Part shown: piece by piece, positions 9,123 to 17,933 of the stretch
Layout of the letters: every line of letters begins with the position of its first letter
Numbering within the stretch: the stretch's first letter is position 1
Assembly (NCBI GenBank): GCA_037138355.1
Contig: JBAXIL010000012.1
Span: forward strand, 1 to 42,356
Length of the DNA stretch: 42,356 bases
From: a bacterium
GTDB lineage: Bacteria; Oederibacteriota; PGYV01; Palsa-1178
Reading direction: 5' to 3'
The notes under the pieces: model-generated
The model's input: only the letters and a program-made list of their open reading frames with translations
Database searches by the model: none
Told to the model about the DNA's origin: nothing
Position numbers and translations under genes: made by a program

Positions 9123-9151
9123 TTGACAATATCGCTCTATTAATATAAAAT
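9123..9151 (+). promoter_or_regulatory. sigma70 promoter for the CBS-GGDEF gene
   Basis: TTGACA-17 nt-TAAAAT; AGGAG RBS before 9188. Confidence 0.75.
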
Positions 9152-9187
9152 TAGTCAAATCAAAAAACAACATACAGGAGTATTAAT

Positions 9188-10111
9188 ATGCCTATGGTAA
9201 AAATAGGAGCGGTTATGTCAAAAGATGTTTTAACCGCCAATAAAGAAGACACTGTTATGTCTATGTTAGAACGCCTTCAAAAACACAGAATGGGCGCCAT
9301 AGTCGTAATCAATAAAGATGATGTACCAGTTGGAATTATTACTGAACGCGATATAATTCAAGCCCTTGTGATATATAAACAAGAAACATTTGAAAAACAG
9401 GCACAAGACATAATGAGTGCTCCAGTGCTCACACTTGACCCTGAACAAGATATAGACTCAGCCGCGATACTTATGACACTTAATGGCATACGCAGAATCC
9501 CCATAACAAAAGAAAATAAGCTTATAGGGTTAATCACTTACCGAGATATTACCAATGCTTTGCGCAAAAGCTACTATGTTTTAGAAGAGAAAGCCCAGAT
9601 GCTTCAAGATATGGCAAACAGAGATTCACTTACGAAACTTTTTAACAAGCGCTTAATAAACGAAGAAATCAAAAAACAGTTTGATGCCGCAAAAGAATCT
9701 AACTCACCTATGGCAGTTATTATGATAGACATAGACCATTTCAAAAAGATAAACGACACTTATGGTCATCCTTGTGGAGATTATGTTTTAAAAACCTTAT
9801 CATCAATACTTCTTTCAAAATCCAGGGATATAAATATAGTTGGTAGATATGGCGGCGATGAGTTTATAGTTTTAGGCGCAATATCGGATCACAAATCTTC
9901 TCTATACTTTGCCGAACGCCTGCGTATGATTATAGAGTCCACACCTTTTCTTTATGAGAATCAGGAACTCAAAATAACAATAAGTACTGGCGTATGTGTA
10001 TGGAATTCAAAAATAAAAGATGCCAAAACCATGATAAAGCTTGCAGATGGTGCGCTTTATAATGCAAAACAAGCAGGCAGGAATTGCGTAAAAATGGCTG
10101 AAGTTTTATAA
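9188..10111 (+). CDS. CBS-pair + GGDEF diguanylate cyclase
   Basis: Two CBS motifs (VGIITERDI, IGLITYRDI); DSLT.LFN, DIDHFK.IND.YGH..GD, RYGGDEF, ADGALY.AK..GRN. Confidence 0.95.
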   Translation: MPMVKIGAVMSKDVLTANKEDTVMSMLERLQKHRMGAIVVINKDDVPVGIITERDIIQALVIYKQETFEKQAQDIMSAPVLTLDPEQDIDSAAILMTLNGIRRIPITKENKLIGLITYRDITNALRKSYYVLEEKAQMLQDMANRDSLTKLFNKRLINEEIKKQFDAAKESNSPMAVIMIDIDHFKKINDTYGHPCGDYVLKTLSSILLSKSRDINIVGRYGGDEFIVLGAISDHKSSLYFAERLRMIIESTPFLYENQELKITISTGVCVWNSKIKDAKTMIKLADGALYNAKQAGRNCVKMAEVL

Positions 10112-10113
10112 TT

Positions 10114-10662
10114 TTAAATAAGCTGTTTTTCTTTTTCTTCATCAAAAAGAAGTGTCATAAAACCCGCGCACAAAGGATATGCCACGAGAATCCCTATAAC
10201 TATTTTTGTACCTATGGCCATAATTAACCAAATACAAATAACCACAACAATATGATTCATAAGATTGTTTTTATTGACTGTAAATGCACTACTTTTAAGA
10301 GAAGCCAAAATTCCTGTATTATTATCAACCATGTAATAAGTGGAATACATCCAGATAGTGGCAATTATTACACCTGGCACTAAAAGCATTACTGTTCCAA
10401 TGGCTATACAAATAAATACGACAAAAGACATTACAGCAAGAATTATTGCTTTGTCCAAATGAATAAAAAGGTCATCATAAGAAGTTATACCGCCAGCTTT
10501 TGTTTTTCTAAACATTTCCCCCATACCAAGCCACATAACCGGTGCCAAAATACCCAAGGTGACTACTGTCACTAAAAGCGCAATTAAAGTAGCAATAACA
10601 AACTTTTTTGGTTCTTTAATAAATATATCAAATGTCGTTCCCACAGTTTCCTTAATGTTCAT
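10114..10662 (-). CDS. Integral membrane protein of unknown function
   Basis: Several hydrophobic helices; no motif recognised with confidence. Confidence 0.6.
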   Translation of the reverse strand: MNIKETVGTTFDIFIKEPKKFVIATLIALLVTVVTLGILAPVMWLGMGEMFRKTKAGGITSYDDLFIHLDKAIILAVMSFVVFICIAIGTVMLLVPGVIIATIWMYSTYYMVDNNTGILASLKSSAFTVNKNNLMNHIVVVICIWLIMAIGTKIVIGILVAYPLCAGFMTLLFDEEKEKQLI

Positions 10663-10709
10663 TTCTTTTACACCCTTAATTTTTTACCGCACTATAAATC
10701 ATACGGCTC

Positions 10710-11669
10710 TTATTTTTTTGTGCGTGGAACTTTTTTAATGTAAGCTAAATGTTTTTGGCTGTATTTATTTTTTATGTAGCTTATATCTTCTCTTACCTGT
10801 TTCATAAGAGCTTCTTTAGTATTGAATTTTATTTCATCCCTTAACCGCTCCATAAATATAACTTTTATTTCTTTTCCATATATATTTTCATTGAAATCAA
10901 AAATATACACTTCCAGAAGCTGTTTTTCTTCATTTTTTAGAGTTGGGGCGAAACCTATATTTGCCGCTCCTGTAAATTGTTTACCATTGTATTCTACTTT
11001 AACAGCCCATACGCCTTTGGCTGGTATATCTTCGTAATCAAGTTGTAAATTTGCAGTAGGATAATCAAAGCCTATATGGCGCCCACGCATTACTTTACCA
11101 GTTATAGAATACTGCCTGCCCAACATTTGTTCTACTTTTTCTATGTTTCCTGCTTTCAACATTTCTCTGATTAGAGTGCTACTGACTCTTTTTCCACCAA
11201 CTTTAACTTCTGGCACTATATTGACTTCAAACCCAAATTTCTTCCCATTCTCTTTTAAAAATCCTATATTTCCCAAACCACCTTTTCCAAAAACAAAATC
11301 AGCACCTTCATTAATACAACCAGCATTAATTTTTTTAACTAGTATGTCTTTGATAAAATCAAGTGCCGTTTTATTGTGTATTTTTTTAAAATCCAACAAC
11401 ACACATATATCTATGCCATGACTTTTTATTCTTTTAATTTTGGCTTGTGTGGACTTTATGAGTTGTATGTCAGAATCTTTGTTTAAATGTTTGCTTGGAT
11501 GCCCTTTAAAAGTAATTACTATGCTTTTGCCTTTAAGAGTTTGGGCACAAGCGATAGTGCTTTCAATTAAACGCTTATGTCCCAAATGCATTCCGTCAAA
11601 AACACCTATTGTCACAGCAGATTTTTTTTTAATTTTAGGGATAGAGCTTAAGGAAGTATAAACTTTCAT
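10710..11669 (-). CDS. ribF: Bifunctional riboflavin kinase/FAD synthetase
   Basis: IGVFDGMHLGH, G.DF.FG, VSSTLIR, PTAN, NIGFAPT, EVYIFDF motifs. Confidence 0.95.
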   Translation of the reverse strand: MKVYTSLSSIPKIKKKSAVTIGVFDGMHLGHKRLIESTIACAQTLKGKSIVITFKGHPSKHLNKDSDIQLIKSTQAKIKRIKSHGIDICVLLDFKKIHNKTALDFIKDILVKKINAGCINEGADFVFGKGGLGNIGFLKENGKKFGFEVNIVPEVKVGGKRVSSTLIREMLKAGNIEKVEQMLGRQYSITGKVMRGRHIGFDYPTANLQLDYEDIPAKGVWAVKVEYNGKQFTGAANIGFAPTLKNEEKQLLEVYIFDFNENIYGKEIKVIFMERLRDEIKFNTKEALMKQVREDISYIKNKYSQKHLAYIKKVPRTKK

Positions 11670-11671
11670 TT

Positions 11672-12646
11672 TTACTTTTTTTCTCTATAATATTTTTTTA
11701 CTTCAGCAATCACTGTTTTTATAGCGCCTGCCAAAGGTAAATGTATAACTGCGCCTGCTGCATGTTTGTGTCCGCCACCTTTGAACCTGCGTGCTATATT
11801 ATTGACATCAGCATTTCCTTTTGAGCGAAAAGATACCTTAACCGAAGTAGGACCTATTTCTTTAAATAACATTGCCGTTTCTACGATTTTTATTGCTCTT
11901 ATATTATTAATAAAATTATCTGTTTCTGACTCCGCAGCGCCTGTGTCCTTAAACATTTTTCTTGTTAAACAGCTATAACCTATCTTTCCATCAACTTTTA
12001 AGTTAGAAAGCATAAGGTTTAATAGCTTCACTGCTGCTTCTGTTGAAGCATAAACCTGCGAAGAGATATACTCTGGGTCCGCTCCCTTTTTTAATAGTTC
12101 AGAAGCGATGATGTGTATTTCTGGAGTGGTGTTTGAATATCTAAAAGAACCAGTGTCAGTTACTATAGCAGTATAAATACAAGTCGCTATGTCGCGATCA
12201 ATGGTCCATGATAATTTTTTCATTATTTTATATAACTGTGCACCAACTGCAGCAGCCGTAGGATCTACTATGTTTAAATCTCCATACATGGTATTTCCCA
12301 AATGATGATCTATGTTTACTGTCACTTTAGCATTCTTTTTATAATCAATTATCCCTCCATTGCGTTCAACTTCAGGACACTCTAAAACTATTGCCAAATC
12401 ATACATGCCGCTTATCTTTGCAACATTTTTTATTAAGTGGCTTCCTGGCAGGAACTTATATATGGAAGGAAGCGCATCACGGTTAATAAAATCAACTTTT
12501 TTTCCCATTTTTGTTAATTTACTTATTAAGGCAAGTCCAGAACCTATCCCATCTCCGTCTGGATTAATATGCGTTGAGAGAAGAATGCTTTTTGACTTTT
12601 TGATAAAACCGTTAAGCTTTTCTATCTGTGCATTAACATTAATCAT
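11672..12646 (-). CDS. nrnA: DHH/DHHA1 oligoribonuclease / PAP phosphatase
   Basis: HINPDGD, IDHH, DTGSF, SFRS, GGGH..AAG motifs. ATG at 12646, overlapping the rbfA end, preferred over the track's 12664 start. Confidence 0.9.
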   Translation of the reverse strand: MINVNAQIEKLNGFIKKSKSILLSTHINPDGDGIGSGLALISKLTKMGKKVDFINRDALPSIYKFLPGSHLIKNVAKISGMYDLAIVLECPEVERNGGIIDYKKNAKVTVNIDHHLGNTMYGDLNIVDPTAAAVGAQLYKIMKKLSWTIDRDIATCIYTAIVTDTGSFRYSNTTPEIHIIASELLKKGADPEYISSQVYASTEAAVKLLNLMLSNLKVDGKIGYSCLTRKMFKDTGAAESETDNFINNIRAIKIVETAMLFKEIGPTSVKVSFRSKGNADVNNIARRFKGGGHKHAAGAVIHLPLAGAIKTVIAEVKKYYREKK

Positions 12647-12995
12647 TTTTTTTTGCATCCTCAATTTCTTTTAAGAGTCTATCTATCCTCGCTCTGTCAT
12701 CTAAAGCATTATCCAGCTTAAAAACTATTTTTGGAGTATATTGCATTCTGACATTGTCTCCTACTTGCTTACGGACAAATCCTGATGAAGCATTCAGTGC
12801 TTCCATACTTCTTTTTTTGGCTTCATCATCTCCCATGATTGAGACATATACATGCGCTACTTTCAAATCGTCTGTTAAGCTTACTCCTGTGACCGTGGCA
12901 AAGGCAAGCCGCGGATCTTTTATTTCTTGCAAGACAAGCGTTGCTATCTCTCGTTTGAGAACTGATTCAACCCTTGCTTTTCTTATTTTATGCAT
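12639..12995 (-). CDS. rbfA: Ribosome-binding factor A
   Basis: IKDPRL...TVT.V.L..DL..A.VYVS; TPKI.F..D; position after infB. Confidence 0.95.
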   Translation of the reverse strand: MHKIRKARVESVLKREIATLVLQEIKDPRLAFATVTGVSLTDDLKVAHVYVSIMGDDEAKKRSMEALNASSGFVRKQVGDNVRMQYTPKIVFKLDNALDDRARIDRLLKEIEDAKKND

Positions 12996-15388
12996 TAGAG
13001 TTTTCTGACTTTCTGGACATCTTCATAAAATACTATGATGTCCCCTTCTCTTGGTTCTTTATAATCATTGATAACTACACCACACTCATACCCTTCTTTT
13101 ACTTCCTTCACATTATCCTTAAATCGCTTGAGTGAAGAAACATGTGTAGCAAGAATCTCGTGTCCACCTCTTATAACCGAACAAGGTGAATCGTGATAAC
13201 CCTTACCGCTTCTCATATAAGAACCAGCAATAATCATATTTTCACTTTCAACTTTAAAGGTCTGCCTTACTTCAGCTTCACCAATTTTTACTTTTTCATA
13301 TTCTGGTTCTAAAAGTCCAGCCATAGCAGCTTTTATGGAATCCACTACTTCATATATAATGTGATAAATTTTTATTTCTACGCCTTCTTTAGCCGCAAGC
13401 AACTTTGCCGCTGGCAAAGTGGAAACAAAGAAACCGATAATAACTGCATTTGAGGCATCAGCAAGCAATACATCATTTTCTGTTATGTCTCCTACATCTC
13501 TGTGTATTACTTGCGCGCTTATATTGGCTTCTGTAGATATTCTTGAGATAGAATCAACTATAGCTTCTATCGAACCTATACCATCACCTTTGATAATGAG
13601 GTTTAATTTTTTCTCTGCGCCAGAAACTATTTTTTTATGCAGATCTTCAAGCGTCATTTTCTTTTTCTTTTTTTCTTCCGCAAAACGCCTTACTTCACTT
13701 GAGCGTTTTAGAGCTATCTGTTTTACTTCTTTTTCACTCTCAAATACTTTAAACTTATCTCCTGCATTTGGAACAGTTTCGAAACCTACTATCTCGATAG
13801 GCATAACTGATTTTGCTTCTTTAATTCTATTTCCCTTATCGTCAAATATAGCCCTCACTTTTCCATATGTGAAGTTTGTCAAAAATGAGTCTCCAACTTT
13901 TAATGTACCTTTTTGAAGAAGAATAGTTCCGACAGGACCACGGCCCTTATCAAGCTTGCCCTCTATAACAACTCCAAAAGGATGTGCGTTTGTATTTGTT
14001 TTTAATTCCAAAAGTTCTGCTTCTAAAAGAATTGCTTCAAGCAGCTCAGGTATACCAGTTCTTCTTTTTGCCGAGATAGGAATAATCTGTGTCTTACCAC
14101 CCCATGCTTCGGAAACAAGATTATATTTTGTAAGTTCTTGTTTTATTTTTTCAGGATTTGCGCCATCTTTGTCCATTTTATTAATTGCCACTATTATAGG
14201 TGCGCCTGCAGCTTTTGCATGGTCTATAGCTTCAACCGTCTGTGGCATTATACCATCATCTGCTGCTACTATAAGCACTACTATATCTGTTGATTTTGCA
14301 CCCCTTGCTCTCATTGCAGTAAAAGCTTCGTGACCAGGAGTATCAAGAAAAACTACTTCGCCATGCGTGGTGGCTACTTTGTATGCTCCGATTTTCTGCG
14401 TTATACCGCCTTTTTCTCCAGCCGCTACATTGGTTTCTCTAACTGCATCTAAAAGAGATGTTTTTCCATGGTCAACATGCCCCATGATTGTAACTATAGG
14501 TGCTCTCGGTTTTAAATCTTCTGGTTTATCGATTTCATCAGCAAAAATATCTTCACCATATACATCTTTAAAAACTACTGACTTTCCAAACTCTTCTACT
14601 ACAACATGTATTTCTTCTTCGCTTAAGGTCTGATTCATAGTTGCCATCATACCTAATGAAAATAGTTTTTTTATTAACTCTATTGGTTTAATTTCAAGTT
14701 TTACAGCAAGTTCGGAAACGGTTGAGCTTCTTCCAACTTCAATCACTTCTCTTGGAACAATCTCCGCTTCTTCTTCTTTTTTTATTTCTACCACTACTTC
14801 TGGTACCGGCACAGCTTTTGGCTTTTCCTGTTCAACTTTATTTGCTACGGGAGTAGACTGAACTTTTACAACAGGTTTTATAACTTCTTTTTTTACTTCA
14901 TGTTTTACTTCGTGTTTTACTGTAGCATGCGCTTCTTTTACTTCGTGTTTTACTGTAGCATGCGCTTCTTTTACTTCATGTTTTACCGGAGCATGTGCTT
15001 CTTTTACTTCATGTTTTACTGGAGCATGTGCTTCTTTTACTTCATGTTTTACTGTAGTATGTGCTTCTTTTACTTCATGTTTTACCGGAGCATGTGTTTC
15101 TTTTACTTCATGTTTTGTTGGTGCATGTGTTGCTTTTGTTTCATGCTTTACTGGAGCATGTGTTTCTTTTGTTTCATGCTTTACTGTTGCATGCGTTGCT
15201 TTTGCCTCGTGTTTTCCATCTGCTATCGCATGCTTCACAATTTTAGAAAATATTTTTTCAGCCTCAGCATATTCTTCATCCGAAATCTTACTCATATGAC
15301 TTTTTTCTTTTTCACCAGGTTTAGCAATTGCATCTATCAATTCTTTTGCATTAGTACCTAATTTTGACGCCGCTTCGAATATTCTCAT
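12995..15388 (-). CDS. infB: Translation initiation factor IF-2 with His-rich N-terminal repeats
   Basis: GHVDHGKT, GGITQ, DTPGHEAF, NKMD G-domain motifs; C-terminal SLKRFKD..KEV..G.ECG. Confidence 0.97.
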   Translation of the reverse strand: MRIFEAASKLGTNAKELIDAIAKPGEKEKSHMSKISDEEYAEAEKIFSKIVKHAIADGKHEAKATHATVKHETKETHAPVKHETKATHAPTKHEVKETHAPVKHEVKEAHTTVKHEVKEAHAPVKHEVKEAHAPVKHEVKEAHATVKHEVKEAHATVKHEVKHEVKKEVIKPVVKVQSTPVANKVEQEKPKAVPVPEVVVEIKKEEEAEIVPREVIEVGRSSTVSELAVKLEIKPIELIKKLFSLGMMATMNQTLSEEEIHVVVEEFGKSVVFKDVYGEDIFADEIDKPEDLKPRAPIVTIMGHVDHGKTSLLDAVRETNVAAGEKGGITQKIGAYKVATTHGEVVFLDTPGHEAFTAMRARGAKSTDIVVLIVAADDGIMPQTVEAIDHAKAAGAPIIVAINKMDKDGANPEKIKQELTKYNLVSEAWGGKTQIIPISAKRRTGIPELLEAILLEAELLELKTNTNAHPFGVVIEGKLDKGRGPVGTILLQKGTLKVGDSFLTNFTYGKVRAIFDDKGNRIKEAKSVMPIEIVGFETVPNAGDKFKVFESEKEVKQIALKRSSEVRRFAEEKKKKKMTLEDLHKKIVSGAEKKLNLIIKGDGIGSIEAIVDSISRISTEANISAQVIHRDVGDITENDVLLADASNAVIIGFFVSTLPAAKLLAAKEGVEIKIYHIIYEVVDSIKAAMAGLLEPEYEKVKIGEAEVRQTFKVESENMIIAGSYMRSGKGYHDSPCSVIRGGHEILATHVSSLKRFKDNVKEVKEGYECGVVINDYKEPREGDIIVFYEDVQKVRKL
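14894..15214 (-). repeat. In-frame 33-bp tandem repeat: 9 units of KHE(V/T/A)K(E/A)(A/T)H(A/T)(P/T)(V/T) plus 2 KHEV
   Basis: Read directly in DNA and in the IF2 translation, residues 59-165. Confidence 0.95.
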
Positions 15389-16663
15389 TTAGTTGTGTCC
15401 CTCTCCGTGCCTGATGTATTCATCGGCCTTTACTTTAAGTTCTTTTATTTTATTCTCGTCCATTCCAAGAATTTCGCAGAGTTTTGCCTCTTCCACAAGC
15501 ACAAAGTCCTTTAGGTTTTTTATGCCTTCAGCTTTTAATTTCTTCAAATCCTTAACTTCTATTTCGGAATTTAGCTTAAACAAATCAAACTCAACCTGTT
15601 CATCAAAACTCTTTTTCATTGAGTCAAGCTTTTCAGGAACAAACTCAGAAAGCCGCAAAACAGATACTTTCCATTTGGTTATTTTTGCGACCAACCTCAT
15701 GTTAATGCCGTTTTTACCTATAACCTGCGAGAACTGTTCGTCAGGAACTGCCATTATGGCATACTTATTTGCTTCATCTATGTATATATCTTTAATATCT
15801 ATAGGTGCTACGGCACTTTCTAAATATTTTTTTATGTTGTCGCTGTAAAGCACCACATCAATTTTTTCTCCGTGCAATTCGCGTATTATGGTCTGTATTC
15901 TGCTTCCCTTTACGCCTATGCATGCTCCTACTGGATCCACATGTGGATCATTTGAAGCCACCACAACTTTGGTCTTTATGCCTGGTTCACGCGCTACATA
16001 TTTTATCTCTACAATTCCCTGATCAACTTCCGTAACTTCCATAGCAAAAATCTGTTTTATGAAGTTAGGATGTGTTCTTGAAAGCTCAAGTCTTGCTCCT
16101 TCTTTTCCTCTGTTAGCTTTTAAAACATATGCCTTTATTCTGTCACCTATTTTATATTCCTCATTGAAAACCTGTTCCTTATCGCGTAGCAGACCTTCTA
16201 TAGCGCCCATATCTACAACATAGTTGCCATTTTCTACAGCATGCACAACACCCGTAATTATATCTCCTTCTTTTTCTTTATACTCTTGATATATTTGTTC
16301 CTTTTCAACTTCTCTTATTTTTTGAGTTATAACTTGTTTAGTTGTTTGTGCCGCAATTCTGCCAAATTCCTTTGGATAAAAAAGAACTTCAATAACTTCA
16401 CCAAGCTTTATCTCTGGATTTATCTTCTGTGCATCACTTAAGTTTATTTCCACATATTCATTTTCAACTTTTTCAGTAACTGTCTTTTTCCAGTGAAAAT
16501 GCATTTCACCGCCGTCTAAATCAACTCTAATTTCTGGTTTGCCACCATACACTTTTCTTGCAGCAGAGGTTATACCTCTTTCAAAGGCCTTTAATAGCTC
16601 ACCCTCTGGTATGTTCTTCTGTCTTTCTACTTGTTGAAAAATTTGTAAGATTTCATTACTCAT
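15389..16663 (-). CDS. nusA: Transcription termination factor NusA
   Basis: FGRIAAQT.KQ, SRTHP, AREPG..TK, DPVGACIG..GSRI, IGKNG.N.RL. ATG at 16663 fits the GAGGGTG RBS better than GTG at 16672. Confidence 0.95.
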   Translation of the reverse strand: MSNEILQIFQQVERQKNIPEGELLKAFERGITSAARKVYGGKPEIRVDLDGGEMHFHWKKTVTEKVENEYVEINLSDAQKINPEIKLGEVIEVLFYPKEFGRIAAQTTKQVITQKIREVEKEQIYQEYKEKEGDIITGVVHAVENGNYVVDMGAIEGLLRDKEQVFNEEYKIGDRIKAYVLKANRGKEGARLELSRTHPNFIKQIFAMEVTEVDQGIVEIKYVAREPGIKTKVVVASNDPHVDPVGACIGVKGSRIQTIIRELHGEKIDVVLYSDNIKKYLESAVAPIDIKDIYIDEANKYAIMAVPDEQFSQVIGKNGINMRLVAKITKWKVSVLRLSEFVPEKLDSMKKSFDEQVEFDLFKLNSEIEVKDLKKLKAEGIKNLKDFVLVEEAKLCEILGMDENKIKELKVKADEYIRHGEGHN

Positions 16664-17153
16664 GGTTGTCACCCTCTTCAGCTTTTTTTTCTAAGTTATC
16701 TTCCACATCTATGTTAGCCTTTTTTATAATATCAAAGGCAATTTCTGTAACTATTTGATTTTCTTCTATAAGTACTTTTTCTTCTTTCATTCCAATTAGT
16801 TTACCTGTGAAAAGATGCGTGCCGTTTATTTTCTCTCTCGTTATTACCCTTACTTTTTTTCCAGCGAACCTTATAAAGTCTTCTTTCTTTTTTAAAGGTC
16901 TATCTATGCCTGGAGACGAAACTTCAAGAACATATTTGTCCTGAATTACATCCGACATATCAAGCAGCTCTTCAATTTTTCGTGAAACATCAGCGATATC
17001 ATCTAATAACATGTCGCCCTCGAGCTTTCCTATGCGTATGCGCAAATAATTAGCGCCGGCTATTTCTAAATCCACCAGTTCCAAGTGCCGCTCTTCTATA
17101 AAAGGCTTAATTACCGCCTCTATTTTGTCTAAAACTGAATGCATATCTGTCAT
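16656..17153 (-). CDS. rimP: Ribosome maturation factor RimP
   Basis: Y.LEVSSPG.DRPL....F.RF.G motif; first gene of the nusA-infB operon. Confidence 0.95.
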   Translation of the reverse strand: MTDMHSVLDKIEAVIKPFIEERHLELVDLEIAGANYLRIRIGKLEGDMLLDDIADVSRKIEELLDMSDVIQDKYVLEVSSPGIDRPLKKKEDFIRFAGKKVRVITREKINGTHLFTGKLIGMKEEKVLIEENQIVTEIAFDIIKKANIDVEDNLEKKAEEGDNHE

Positions 17154-17178
17154 AATTCCCCTTCATACTATAAAAATC

Positions 17179-17208
17179 AAAAAGCGAGACGAATTTCTGC
17201 CCCGCTTT
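17179..17208 (-). promoter_or_regulatory. rimP-leader-like attenuator hairpin
   Basis: Minus strand AAAGCGGGGC-AGAAATTC-GTCTCGCTTT plus TT: 10-bp stem with two G-U pairs ending in a U run, about 26 nt before rimP. Confidence 0.7.
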
Positions 17209-17260
17209 ACTTTTTTCCATACTCTCGTAAGTGTCTCTTGGGTCTATTATTTACAAGTAA

Positions 17261-17289
17261 ACTATATCATAATGACTGCTATAAATCAA
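17261..17289 (-). promoter_or_regulatory. Probable sigma70 promoter of the rimP operon
   Basis: Minus strand TTGATT-17 nt-TATAGT. Confidence 0.55.
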
Positions 17290-17404
17290 GGACATTTTTG
17301 TATTAGCCATAAAAAGACCCAAAACTCTAAGTTTTATGGTTCAAATCAATAAATCCTTTGTTTTAAATGGCAATATATGATTTTCTTATGATAAAACCTT
17401 ATTA

Positions 17405-17932
17405 TTAAAATAATCTAAACACTTTTTCGTACTCATCATACGCTTTTTGCGTGTATAAAACAAACACCACCCTTTTTATATGCCGTGGTCCTGCCTCATC
17501 AAACTTTTCAATAATTGCAAACATGAGTTGAGCGCTTGAATCAATAGGAAAGTTTCCTACCCCAGTTCCTAAAGCAGGAAAAGCTATTGAACCCATTTTT
17601 AATTTTTCTGCGAGCGCAAGCGCATTCCAAGTAGCCACACCAATATTTTTAACATTAGTTTTTAAATCTGTTCCCATAACGGCCGCGTGAATAACATACC
17701 GAGCATTTAAAGTACCTGCTGTTGTTTCCACAGCCCAACCTACTTGTATAGGACCTTTTGCTATTGCCTCTTTTTCTATTTCCTGTCCTCCTGCCATTTT
17801 CAAAGCACCAGCCACACCAGAACCCATATACAAAGAATTATTAGCAGCATTGACAAGTATGTCTGCGGCTGCTTTTGTAATATCGCCATGAAATATTTCA
17901 ATAACAATATTTTTTAATTTTTTTGAAATCAT
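17405..17932 (-). CDS. Macro-domain protein (ADP-ribose-binding/hydrolase, YmdB-like)
   Basis: GDIT, D..VNAAN..L..G.GVAGA, VIHA, SIAFPALGTGVG.FP. Confidence 0.92.
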   Translation of the reverse strand: MISKKLKNIVIEIFHGDITKAAADILVNAANNSLYMGSGVAGALKMAGGQEIEKEAIAKGPIQVGWAVETTAGTLNARYVIHAAVMGTDLKTNVKNIGVATWNALALAEKLKMGSIAFPALGTGVGNFPIDSSAQLMFAIIEKFDEAGPRHIKRVVFVLYTQKAYDEYEKVFRLF

Positions 17933-17933
17933 A

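Noticed and set aside
13419..14633. Long antisense ORFs over infB, and similar ones over nusA, ribF, GT4 and other genes
   Set aside because: Fully overlap well-supported genes on the other strand; typical codon-bias shadows.
14894..15214. 33-bp periodicity as a possible CRISPR array
   Set aside because: Units are contiguous with no unique spacers, are in frame within infB, and no cas genes are present.
14900..15361. Plus-strand Cys/Phe/Met-rich 153-aa repeat ORF and the 15061-15246 ORF
   Set aside because: Antisense shadows of the 33-bp repeat inside infB; no RBS or independent support.
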